NCBI GenBank assembly: GCA_963806225.1
Contig: CAWDXG010000002.1
Coordinates: 1 to 64,000 of the forward strand
Length of the DNA stretch: 64,000 nt
Direction of reading: 5' to 3'
Source of the DNA: an uncultured delta proteobacterium
GTDB lineage: Bacteria > Myxococcota_A > Polyangia > Polyangiales > Polyangiaceae
In this document: in pieces, positions 53,489 through 63,791 of the stretch
Layout of the letters: each line of letters begins with the position of its first letter
Numbering within the stretch: the stretch's first letter is position 1
Made by a program: the position numbers and the translations under genes
The notes under the pieces: model-generated
What the model was told of the DNA's origin: nothing
Database searches by the model: none
The model's input: the letters and a program-made list of their open reading frames with translations, nothing else

Positions 53489-55642
53489 TCAGTTGCCCGG
53501 CGTCGGCATCGCGACCGCCTGCATCGCCACGCCTCCCCCTGGTCGCGGAAAGACCGGCGAGCGCACCAACTTCCGCATCAGAGCGGCCGTCAGCGCCGGA
53601 TGGGCGCCCGCGACGTTCGTCGCGTCCGGATCGGGAGCGGTGAGGTCGTAGAGCTCCGGCGCGCCGGAGTCGAGCGTCAGCACCAGCTTGAACGGTTTGT
53701 CGGGCTCGATGATCCCGACGCGCGCCAGGTTCTGCTGCGAGAAACCGGACATCACAAGCGGCAGACGGCGCGGCGGCCGATCCGGCACCAGATAGCCGAG
53801 CAGGTCCTCGCCCTGGTAGCCGGACATGTCCGGATCCTGGTCGAGGTAGCGCGCCAGAGTCGGCGCCACGTCGACCAGCGAGACCTTCTCGTCGACGGCG
53901 TGAGGCTTCATCCCCGGGATACGGATCGCTAGCGGCACGTGCATCAGGCATTGCCACAGGAACACGCCGTGCACCCAGAAGCCCTCCCTTCCGAGACCTT
54001 CTCCGTGATCGGCGACGAACACCACGATCGTGTTGTCGGAGAGGCCGAGGCGCTTCAGACCGTCGAGCAACCGCTGGAACTGGGCGTCGATACCGGTGGC
54101 CACGGCGCGGTAGCGCCAGTTGAGCCGCCCCTTGTCCGGCACGTGGTAGCGGCGCGCCACGCCGTACACGTAGTCCTTGTCGAGCTCGCGCCAGTCGTGC
54201 TGGTCGAAGTTGAAGACCCACATGAAGAAGGGCTTGTCGGGATGCGAGCGCAACCACGACAGCGAATTGTCGACGAGCCCCCGCGCGGTGGAGTGATCGG
54301 CGCCGTAGCCCCAAACGTCGGTTCGCTCCTCCGAGTAGTCGGGCAGGACAAGCGCCTGGTCGAACTTGAAGGCCGGGTCCAGCTTGCCGAGGAACTCGTG
54401 AGCGGACTTGGCAATCGCGATCACCCGGGTGCGGCCGGTCCGTCGCGCCACCTGGAGAATGCCGTTGCCGTGCGCGGCTCCCCCCTGGTAGCGACCGCTC
54501 GTCAGCGACGGCAGCGCACGCAGTGTGTCGGAACCGCTCGTGTACGCATTGCGGAAGTCGAGCGAGCGGCGGCTGAACGCCACTGCGTGCGGCATGATCC
54601 CGGGATCGGACGCCGCGTCGTAGCGCAACGTGTCCACGTAGTAGACGAGCACGTTGTAGTCGTGACGATCGCCCCGCCAGTGGCGGATCGCGGCGCGGAA
54701 CCCGGGTGCCTCCGACAGAGGGCGCTTCCAGGCCGGGTCTTCCGTGGCGCTACCGCCGTAGCGTTCGCCCAGCGCATCCAGCCGCCGCATGGCGAGGTTG
54801 TTCCAGTCGCGCGGATGGGCCAGCAGTATCTCCGCCGCCTGCTCGCGGCGCAGCATCCGGCCCACGTACACCGGCTTCGTCCACACGTGTCCGAGCGCTG
54901 TGCCCAACCATACGCGTGCAGGACGCAGCGCGATGAAGGCCAGGCTCCAGGCCAATCCGACGCCGGCCAGGACCCGCACGCCCAGCAGGGCGCCGCGGCT
55001 CCGGATCATCGACAGCAACACGTACGCCGCCAGGAACAGCAGCACGCCGGTCGCAGCCTCGAGCGCGGTGTGCAGCGGCACGTACAGCGCGACCAGCACA
55101 TGCAGATCCGCCCAGCTCGCCGCTCCGGCCGCGACAACCAGCGCGAGCACCAGTAGAAGCGCGCGGCGCCGCGCGCCCCCGCGCAACGCATCGAGAGTTG
55201 ACGGCAACGCGCGCGCCAGGGCTCCCGCCGCCAGCGCTGCGGCAGCGATGAGGACATACGGACCGTAGTTGGCGTAGCTCGCCGCGGACGCTCTCGGTCC
55301 ACTGAAGGCATAGAACGCCGTGCTCCAGCTGGCCGCCGCCGCCAACGCAGCGTAGAAAATTGTCCCGATGACGCGGGCCAGTCGCGACCGGCGCCGTCGC
55401 AGCGGCGCAGTCAGCGCGCGCTCGCCGAGCCAGGCGGCCCAGCCGGCACCGCCAGCCAGCGTGCCGACCAATGCGTACAGCGCAAGCGCGCCGACGAGGT
55501 GGCGGACCGCCGGCACGCCGGGGGAGCTGCCGCGCCGAGCCAGATCCAGCGCGACGAAATACCAGGCGGCCGAGACGCCGGCGGCAACGAACTCGGCCGG
55601 TCGCTGGAGAGTCAACGGCTTGGGCACTTCGAGGCTCGGCAC
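53489..55642 (-). CDS. Membrane-bound sulfatase-like/alkaline-phosphatase-superfamily protein
   Basis: About seven N-terminal TMs, then NVLVYYVDTLRYD, GSDTLRAL, FDQH, VADHGE, HG..LW...MHVPL. Start approximate. Confidence 0.8.
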   Translation of the reverse strand: MPSLEVPKPLTLQRPAEFVAAGVSAAWYFVALDLARRGSSPGVPAVRHLVGALALYALVGTLAGGAGWAAWLGERALTAPLRRRRSRLARVIGTIFYAALAAAASWSTAFYAFSGPRASAASYANYGPYVLIAAAALAAGALARALPSTLDALRGGARRRALLLVLALVVAAGAASWADLHVLVALYVPLHTALEAATGVLLFLAAYVLLSMIRSRGALLGVRVLAGVGLAWSLAFIALRPARVWLGTALGHVWTKPVYVGRMLRREQAAEILLAHPRDWNNLAMRRLDALGERYGGSATEDPAWKRPLSEAPGFRAAIRHWRGDRHDYNVLVYYVDTLRYDAASDPGIMPHAVAFSRRSLDFRNAYTSGSDTLRALPSLTSGRYQGGAAHGNGILQVARRTGRTRVIAIAKSAHEFLGKLDPAFKFDQALVLPDYSEERTDVWGYGADHSTARGLVDNSLSWLRSHPDKPFFMWVFNFDQHDWRELDKDYVYGVARRYHVPDKGRLNWRYRAVATGIDAQFQRLLDGLKRLGLSDNTIVVFVADHGEGLGREGFWVHGVFLWQCLMHVPLAIRIPGMKPHAVDEKVSLVDVAPTLARYLDQDPDMSGYQGEDLLGYLVPDRPPRRLPLVMSGFSQQNLARVGIIEPDKPFKLVLTLDSGAPELYDLTAPDPDATNVAGAHPALTAALMRKLVRSPVFPRPGGGVAMQAVAMPTPGN

Positions 55643-55779
55643 TACCCGCCCGCGCGCTGGCACGGCAGTGACCGTGGCAACGCCCAGAAGCGGTGACGCG
55701 CAGCATAGTTCAATGCGACGCGAGCTGTCACCCGCGTGCCAGGTGGACGTTGCACGGCGAGCCGACCGAACCGGTAGCT

Positions 55780-56283
55780 CTAGGCGAGCGCCGAGCTGTC
55801 CTTCGCGACCTTTGCCTGCCGCGCCTGGGACCGGCTTTGGGACCGATCGCGGGGCGTGTCGAAACGAACCCCCACGTCGAGCGCTGTGTCGCGCGACTGG
55901 GCGGCCAGCGTGCCCGCCAGCGCGATGAGATCGTGCCGCGCCGACATCGGCAGCGTAGCCGGTGCGGAGAAGACGAGCCTGCTGCCCTCCCGGACGCGAA
56001 GAACCTGGATCAACGCCCGCGCGACGGCACAACGCGCCGCGAACACCTCGTCGTTGTGCCGCGATCCCGCGGCGATCACGACCGTGTCGAGGTCTGCTCC
56101 GCTGGCGACGACGGCCTCGACTCGACGCGCGGCACGCAACGCGAGCTCTGCGGGTGTTTCGTCGGGCTGCTGCGGAACGACGGCCCAGTTGACCGGGCGC
56201 TGGTCATCCCGCTCGACGAAGTCGGGCCATTCGCCGCCCGCCTCCATCACCACCACACACACTCTCTGACTGCTTTCGTTCAT
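55780..56283 (-). CDS. Hypothetical protein
   Basis: GAGGAGG SD, 167-aa alpha/beta pattern, sigma-54-type promoter directly upstream. Confidence 0.7.
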   Translation of the reverse strand: MNESSQRVCVVVMEAGGEWPDFVERDDQRPVNWAVVPQQPDETPAELALRAARRVEAVVASGADLDTVVIAAGSRHNDEVFAARCAVARALIQVLRVREGSRLVFSAPATLPMSARHDLIALAGTLAAQSRDTALDVGVRFDTPRDRSQSRSQARQAKVAKDSSALA

Positions 56284-56307
56284 CTGCCCTCCTCGGCCCC
56301 GCCCCCA

Positions 56308-56323
56308 AGCAGCACTCGTGCCA
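56308..56323 (-). promoter_or_regulatory. Sigma-54 (-24/-12) promoter
   Basis: Minus strand TGGCACGAGTGCTGCT: GG-N10-GC spacing, one mismatch to TGGCACG-N4-TTGCW, just upstream of the SD and ATG 56283. Confidence 0.75.
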
Positions 56324-56495
56324 CCTGGCCGGACAGCGGCGCTTCGCGCCGCTTCCCATCGATCTATACATACCGTGCGTGTCGACCCCGCTCCGCACAG
56401 GTTTCAACTGTGTAACATCCATTCGCGCAGCGAGCACGCCACGCCCCGTGCAAGCGCGCAGATTGCTCGCGCTTCCCGGCGCTTGACGCGGTGCA

Positions 56496-58472
56496 TTACC
56501 GCTCGGGATCGCCCGGCCGGCCCCGGCGCCGGAGCGCCAGACCCAGCAATCCAACCAGAGCGAGCAGCCCCGCGAGCGCGCCGCCCTGCGCGGGCGCGGT
56601 GCGACAGCCGCAACCGCCCGTCTGGCCGGACGTGGCCGAGCCCCGTGACGGCCCGCCGTCGACTCCGCCGTCCACGCCGTTACCCCCGTCCGACGTGCTG
56701 CCGCCGTCGCTCTTCACGCAACTGCCCGCGACGCACACCTCGCCCCCCTGGCAGAAGACGTTCGCGCACGGGTCACCGGTGCACTTGCCCGTCTTCGGGT
56801 CGCAGCTCTGCCCGGTGGGGCAGCTGACCCCGTCGCACAGGCTCACGCATCCGCCCTTCGCCTCGATGCAGGTCTGGCCGGGCGGGCAGGTCACGCCGTC
56901 GCACAGCCCGACGCAGTTGCCCTGGTCATTGCAGTGCTCGCCCGCCGCGCAGGTCTTGTTCAGACACGCTTGCGGCACGCACTGATCGGTGTTGCCGCGG
57001 TCGCACACCCAGCCCGATGTCGTGCAGCCCACGTCGCCGCTGAAGCAGCTGCACGGCGGGACGCACTTGCCCGCCACACAGTCCTGCGACGAGGGACACT
57101 GCGTCGTCTGGCAAGGGTCGATGCATTTTCCGTCCTGGCAGACCTGGCCCCACGGGCAGGTCACGCCGTCGCAGGCGGGCTTGCAGGTCTTGCTCACGGG
57201 ATCGCACACGCTTCCGGGCGGACAGCCGCCGGTACTGCAGTCGTTCGGGATGCACAAAGACCCTTGATCAGTGGACTGGCAGCTGGAACCGCTGGGGCAG
57301 GAGAACTCGCCGCTGCCGCAGCCCTTCACGCACACGCTCGCGTTGCAGAACTCGCCGGCCGGGCACGAGCCCGGCACGCCGTCGCAGTTCTTGTCCGCGT
57401 CGTCGCACGCCTCCGGCGCGCCGGGGTGCACGGAGGGATCGTTGTCGTTGCAGTCGCAGATCTTCGGCGCCTCGGCGCAGTTGCAGTCGACGTAGTTGTC
57501 GCCGTCCTTGTCGGGGCACACGCCCGTGCCCTCCTCGGTCAGGCCGGCGACGGCATCGAGCTCGGCCTCGTTGGAGTCGTAGCCGCACTCGGGAAAGTCC
57601 TGCCCGTCGTAGCCCGCGACAATCGCCGCGTAGCGGAACGTGATGCCGCACGGCAGCGCGAACACCTGCGCGAACGAATCCTGCTCCACGGCGTAGTTGG
57701 CCGTATCGCCGCAGCTGGCGTGCCCGGTCGGGTCGGGGGCGCGCGTGTTGTACCAGCCGTCGGTGTAGATCTTCTCGAGCACCGCGCGGTTCCACTTCTG
57801 CGGGTCCGCTCCGACGGTGGTCGGCTTCTGGATGATGTCCTGCGAGAGCGGGTTGTCGGTCAGGTAGACCGTGTACTCGATCGACTCGCAGGGCTGTGGC
57901 TCGTGGTCGTTGGTCGCGAAGATCGCCACTCGGTTGGACGGGCCTCCGAGGTCGAAGACCATGCCTTCCCACGGCAGGTAGTTGCCACCCTGCCCGTTGG
58001 CGACGCAGGTGAAGACGGGGCAACCGTTGGCGTCCAGCGTGTGGGTGGAGGAGCGGCAGGGATGCCACCACAGGTGATCGAGCCCGGCGACGTACTGCGC
58101 CGCTGTCGCGAAATCGTTGGGCGTCGTGTCGCACGTGTACTGCTTGGGGCAGTCGTAGGGCGCCGTGTCGCGCCCGGCGCAGCCCGCGAAGCTCTCCGGA
58201 CAGGCGTTGCCCGAGCTGTCCTTCCAGTTCGGATACAGCTTGCCGAACAGCGGCAGGTTGGGTCCGGTCGTGCCGTTCGCGTCCTTGAAGATGTCGTTGA
58301 CGACGCCGCCCGCGGTCTGGATGGCGTTGATGCATTTCTGCATGCTGGTCGGCGAGCCCGTTGGGTCCGAGTCGCAGGTGCCGGTCTGCGCGCGCGCCTG
58401 CCCGGCGGTCGCCACGACGGCCAGGGCGGTCACCAGAGCCATCAGTCCCGATCGTGAAAAGAGCGTCGTCAT
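56496..58472 (-). CDS. Cell-surface Cys-rich protein with MopE-like motif and MYXO-CTERM signal
   Basis: Signal peptide ..AGQARA; ~300-aa unique domain; DCNDNDPSVHPGAPEACD..DKNCDG; Cys repeats; GCGCRTA...LALVGLLGLALRRRGR. Confidence 0.85.
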   Translation of the reverse strand: MTTLFSRSGLMALVTALAVVATAGQARAQTGTCDSDPTGSPTSMQKCINAIQTAGGVVNDIFKDANGTTGPNLPLFGKLYPNWKDSSGNACPESFAGCAGRDTAPYDCPKQYTCDTTPNDFATAAQYVAGLDHLWWHPCRSSTHTLDANGCPVFTCVANGQGGNYLPWEGMVFDLGGPSNRVAIFATNDHEPQPCESIEYTVYLTDNPLSQDIIQKPTTVGADPQKWNRAVLEKIYTDGWYNTRAPDPTGHASCGDTANYAVEQDSFAQVFALPCGITFRYAAIVAGYDGQDFPECGYDSNEAELDAVAGLTEEGTGVCPDKDGDNYVDCNCAEAPKICDCNDNDPSVHPGAPEACDDADKNCDGVPGSCPAGEFCNASVCVKGCGSGEFSCPSGSSCQSTDQGSLCIPNDCSTGGCPPGSVCDPVSKTCKPACDGVTCPWGQVCQDGKCIDPCQTTQCPSSQDCVAGKCVPPCSCFSGDVGCTTSGWVCDRGNTDQCVPQACLNKTCAAGEHCNDQGNCVGLCDGVTCPPGQTCIEAKGGCVSLCDGVSCPTGQSCDPKTGKCTGDPCANVFCQGGEVCVAGSCVKSDGGSTSDGGNGVDGGVDGGPSRGSATSGQTGGCGCRTAPAQGGALAGLLALVGLLGLALRRRGRPGDPER

Positions 58473-58588
58473 CAAGGATCTCCCGCTCCAGGATAGCATC
58501 CGCGCCCCTTCTACGTCGCGTACGGATCCGTGCCGCAGCGCGGCATGCTGGCTTTACTCCGTCCTCGAAACGCGGCTAGCTGTGCGCG

Positions 58589-59464
<876 letters not shown>

Positions 59465-59511
59465 CCGGGCTAGGACTTGGCGCGACGGCGCCACGCGCCG
59501 CTGAAGCCACC

Positions 59512-60126
59512 ATGCGAGCCGATCCCCTCACAGCGTCCCACGGCACCCGGCGCCAGCGCCGCCAACCGTCGTTCCGTATGTCCACCGGGCAGATGGGGCT
59601 GATCGTGCTGCTCATCTCGCTGAGCGTCCTGTTCGCGGCCACGCTGCTCGTCTACATCTTCACCCGCTACGAGAACAACGTCTGGCGCACCGACCAGGTG
59701 CCGGGGCTCCCGATCGGCCTGTTCGCCAGCACCACGATGATCCTGTGCGTGAGCGCCTCGCTGCACCGCGCGATGAAGGCCATCCGCGCAAACCAGCTGG
59801 AGCGCCTCGAGCACTCGCTGATGCTGACGCTGCTGTTCGCCGTCGGCTTTCTGGGCGGGCAGACCTTCAACTGGATCCACATGAGCGGCGCCCAGCTTCG
59901 ACCCAACGGCGAGACGCTCTACATCATGACGTTCTTCCTGCTCACTGGACTCCACGCGGTGCACGTCCTGGGCGGCTTCATCCCGCTGTCCATCGTGACA
60001 GTCCGCGCCCGGCGCCGCGAGTACTCGAGCTCCCACTGCGAAGGCATCAAGCTCTGCGCCCAGTACTGGCACTTCCTCGCGATCGTGTGGCTCGTCATGC
60101 TGACGACCATGTTCGTCGTGACGTAG
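59512..60126 (+). CDS. Heme-copper (cytochrome c) oxidase subunit III family protein
   Basis: Five TMs; FLGGQ..W, FFLLTGLHAVHVLGG, YWHFLAIVW. Confidence 0.88.
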   Translation: MRADPLTASHGTRRQRRQPSFRMSTGQMGLIVLLISLSVLFAATLLVYIFTRYENNVWRTDQVPGLPIGLFASTTMILCVSASLHRAMKAIRANQLERLEHSLMLTLLFAVGFLGGQTFNWIHMSGAQLRPNGETLYIMTFFLLTGLHAVHVLGGFIPLSIVTVRARRREYSSSHCEGIKLCAQYWHFLAIVWLVMLTTMFVVT

Positions 60127-60190
60127 CCACTCGCGAAGCGGCGCGCGTGGCGTCGCGGTGCGCACAGCGGCCGCCACGCGCACCGCGGCT

Positions 60191-60832
60191 CTAGCTCTGC
60201 GGCGCTTCCACGTCGAAGGCGACGTGCGCGAGCTCGGTGCCGTCGGCGGCGCGCACCAGCGCGGTCCACTCGCCGCCCTGGTCGACCATGCGGGTGCGTC
60301 CCCAGGTGCGCCAGCGCGAGCTGTGCGCAGGGACCTTCAGCTTGATGTGGCCCACCGGCTCGTCGCTCGAGTGCTGGAAGTCGACGGTGATGACCTTGTC
60401 GCTGTCGCTCGTGTTGCCGAGCTCGACGAACGCGAACACGGGCCCTTTGCCGGCGACGAGCTGATCCGTGTCGAGCGGCTCGCGGTGCTTCACGCCGCGC
60501 GTGACGACCAGCCGCTTGACCTGGAGCCCCGCCGCCGACGGGTCGCTCGCCGACGGCGCGTCCGCATGCGGCGCGGGATCGGCGGGCTCGGCCGGTGCGA
60601 CGTCCGCGTGCACCGCTCCGGCCGGGGTCACCGCGGGTGCTGCCGCGTGCTGGGCGGGCCGTGCGCCCTGCGTACTCTTCGCCGCCGCGTGCACCGCGGC
60701 CGGCTGCTGTCGGCTCGCACCTGTCGGGGCGCGCCCCTGGCAGCCCGCGGACCAGAGCGAGAACCCCAGCGCGAAGCAGGAAACAGCGAGGGCGGAAGTG
60801 GCGGTCCAGCGGATGCGGCGATCGGTGCTCAT
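60191..60832 (-). CDS. DUF2914-like exported protein
   Basis: Signal/lipobox (WSAGC), Ala/Pro linker, V.RLVVTRGVKHREP...RWRTWG...GEW.ALVR; GAGGAG SD. Confidence 0.8.
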   Translation of the reverse strand: MSTDRRIRWTATSALAVSCFALGFSLWSAGCQGRAPTGASRQQPAAVHAAAKSTQGARPAQHAAAPAVTPAGAVHADVAPAEPADPAPHADAPSASDPSAAGLQVKRLVVTRGVKHREPLDTDQLVAGKGPVFAFVELGNTSDSDKVITVDFQHSSDEPVGHIKLKVPAHSSRWRTWGRTRMVDQGGEWTALVRAADGTELAHVAFDVEAPQS

Positions 60833-60876
60833 GGGTCTTCTCCTCTGCCGGGGTTGCGTCCGGCAGACACCCCTCC

Positions 60877-60892
60877 AGCAAGCCCCAGGCCA
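60877..60892 (-). promoter_or_regulatory. Sigma-54 (-24/-12) promoter
   Basis: Minus strand TGGCCTGGGGCTTGCT (GG-N10-GC, perfect TTGCT), 45 nt upstream of ATG 60832. Confidence 0.65.
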
Positions 60893-61022
60893 AGCCGATC
60901 CCGCAAGAAACCCACGTGATCGCTTATCGAAGCGTGGGGCTGGACCCACGAGCGTGTGTCGCGGGGAACGCGGCGCCGACCGCCCCTTCCTATTCCCGCG
61001 CTCCTCCGTCATCCTCCCGCCC

Positions 61023-61247
61023 ATGCCCGTCCGCACCTACTACTGGGACTTCTTCGGTCCGCGCGCGCAGCCGACGGCCGAGCACTTCGTGGAGCACCTT
61101 CTGGGCTTCCTTCAGGAAAATGGCCTGGAAGGCTGCGAGACGGGAATGAAGTCCGAAGGGGCCGGACACGCGGCCGCATTCTGCGTGACGCCAGAGCAAC
61201 ACCAGGGCCCGATCGAGAGCGCGCTCAAGCCGCGGCGCTCGACCTGA
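61023..61247 (+). CDS. Small hypothetical protein (74 aa)
   Basis: MPVRTYYWDFFGPRAQPTAEHFVEHL...; host-like codon usage in a gap between genes. Confidence 0.65.
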   Translation: MPVRTYYWDFFGPRAQPTAEHFVEHLLGFLQENGLEGCETGMKSEGAGHAAAFCVTPEQHQGPIESALKPRRST

Positions 61248-61301
61248 CGTGCAGCCCGATCAGCAGCCGCACGCCCCCAGCTTTGTGACATTTCGCTACA
61301 C

Positions 61302-61700
61302 TTATGTGGCAAAATGCGACGTATTGGAGCGCGCCAGGTGCACCAGCGCGGCCGTGACGGCGATGGCGAGCTCGGCGAGCGGCTCTGCGCCGGGCTCCTC
61401 GAACACCAGGTAGTCACGGGCGATCACGTCGTAGCGGGGACGGAAGCGCAGCCGGCGTAGCGCCCTGCCCCCGCCCAGATCGAGCGCGGGGCCGTCGGCG
61501 CTCACGTCCTCGGCGAGCGGGCGTCCGTAGCGATGCATGACGCGCTCCAGCGAGCCGTCGGGCAGAGGCATCGCCGGACCGCTGTCGATACGCACGCTGA
61601 GCGCGCCCTGCTCGCGCACCAGATGTGTGCGCTCGAGCCCGCCGTCGTCGCGATGGCGCGTGAGCAGCTCGAGGCCGTCCCTTGCAGATGGCCCGCCCAT
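61302..61700 (-). CDS. Hypothetical protein translationally coupled to htpG
   Basis: ATG overlaps the htpG TGA; 132 aa. Confidence 0.65.
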   Translation of the reverse strand: MGGPSARDGLELLTRHRDDGGLERTHLVREQGALSVRIDSGPAMPLPDGSLERVMHRYGRPLAEDVSADGPALDLGGGRALRRLRFRPRYDVIARDYLVFEEPGAEPLAELAIAVTAALVHLARSNTSHFAT

Positions 61701-63619
61701 CACTTCGCCCCGGCACTGATCGCCGCCGCGCTGGCCGCGGAAGTGAGCAGATCGGCGAGCCGCCGGGCGAACTCCTCGGGCGCGTCGATGGGGCTGCCCT
61801 CGGCGAGCAGCGCCTGGTCGTAGAGCATCTCGATCCATTCGTCGACGCGCCTGGGCGGTGTGTCCTGCTCGGCGAGCGTGCGCAGGCTCTTCAGAAGCGG
61901 GTGATCGAGGTTCAGCTCGAGGATGCGCTTGGCGGACGGCAGCTCGACCTGCTGCGCCCGCAGCATGCGCTCGATGTGCGGCTCGAGCGCGCCCTCGGGC
62001 TGCACGAGACACGCGGGCGAGTCGGTGAGCCGCTCGGAGGCGCGCACCTCGGCGACGCGATCGCCGAGCACGGTCTTGAAGCGCTCGAAGAGCGAGCCGG
62101 CTTCCTTCGCCTGCTCCTCGACCTTCTTGTGGGTCTCCTCGTCGAGCGGGATATCGGCGTTCATGGCCGAGACGAGCGGCTTTTCCTGGTAGCTGCCGAG
62201 CCCGGAGACGGCGAAGGGATCGACCGTGTCGGTCATGTACAGGACCTCGTAGCCGCGCTTCTCCAGCGCCTCGAGGTGCGGGCTCCGCGCAAGCCCTTCG
62301 CGGTCTGTGCCGGCCGCGTAGTAGATGGCCGTCTGCCCCTCGGCCATGCGCTCCACGTAGGCGTCGAGCGAGTTGAGCCCGCTCTCCTTCGTGCTTGGAT
62401 AGCGCAGGAGCTTCGCGATGCGCTCCTTGTACTCGGGGTCGAAGTGCAGCCCTTCCTTGAGCACAGCACCGAAGCTCTCCCAGAACTTCGCGTAGTCTTC
62501 GGGATGATCCTTCGCCAGCTCGTCCAGCAGATCGAGCGTCTGGATCACGACCTGCTTTTTCATGATGCGGATGGCGCGCGAGTCCTGCAGGAGCTCGCGC
62601 GAGACATTGAGCGGCAGGTCCTCGGAGTCGATGACGCCGCGCACGAACCGGAGCCAGCGCGGCACCAGCTCCTCGCAGTTGTCCATCACGAACACGCGGC
62701 GGACGTGCAGGCGCACGCCGTGGCGCGGCTCGGGGCCGAACAGGTCCAGCGGGCGCTGGCGCGGAACGAACAAGAGCCCCGCGAACATCTGCGTGCCCTC
62801 GATGTGGAAGTGCTTCCAGGCGAGCGGTGGCTCCCAGTCGTGGCCGAGGTGCTTGTAGAACTCCTCGTACTGCTCCTTCGTCACGTCCTTCGGCTGCCGC
62901 TGCCACAGGGCGCTGGCCTGGTTGACGGTCTCGAAGACCTTCTCGGTCTTCTTGTCATCGCCCTCCCCGCTCTGCCTCTCGACCTGGAGCTGGATCGGAT
63001 ACGAGACGTAGTCGGAGTAGCGGCGCACGAGCTCGCGCAGCCGGAAGCTATCAGCCAGCTCGCGCTGCTCGGGCTTGAGGTGCAGGATCACGTCCGTACC
63101 GCGCCCCGGGCGCTCGGCCGGCTCGATGCTGAAGGTGTCGCGCGCCTCGCTCGACCAGCGCGAGGCCTCGCTGACGCCGGCGGCGCGGCTCACGACCTCC
63201 ACGCGATCGGCAACCAGATACGCACTGTAGAAGCCGACGCCGAACTGGCCAATCAGCTGCAGGCTCTTGTCGTCCTTGCCCTGCGCCTCTTCCAGCTTCT
63301 TGATGAAGTCGCGCGAGCCGGACCAGGCGATGGTGCCGAGGCTCTGCGCCAGCTCCTCGGCGCTCATGCCGATACCGTTGTCGCTGACGGTGAGCGTGCC
63401 CGCCTCCGGGTCGGGGACGATGCGCACCTCGAGCGTTTCGCCCTCGCCCATCAGCCCGGGCTCCTGGATGGCGCGGAAGCGCAGCTTGTCGAGCGCGTCG
63501 GAAGCGTTCGACACCAGCTCACGCAGGAAGATCTCCTTGTGGCTGTACAGCGAATTGATGACGAGGCGCAGCACCTCGCTCACCTCGGCCTGGAATCGAT
63601 GCTCGGTCGCTTCGGTCAT
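61700..63619 (-). CDS. htpG: Molecular chaperone HtpG (Hsp90)
   Basis: [66 protein letters not shown]. Confidence 0.98.
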
Positions 63620-63791
63620 GGCGGGGCGAGATCTAGCTGGTTTCCACCCACCCGCCCACCCCCTCCGTAGTGCTCCTCGAGGCGGCTCGCCACCCCTCGA
63701 GCAGCCCGACGCGCCTCGCTTCGCCCGGCGACGGGCTCGCTATCGCTCGCCGATCCCGGACTGGCGGAAAGGGATGATATCCTGGGCCGCG

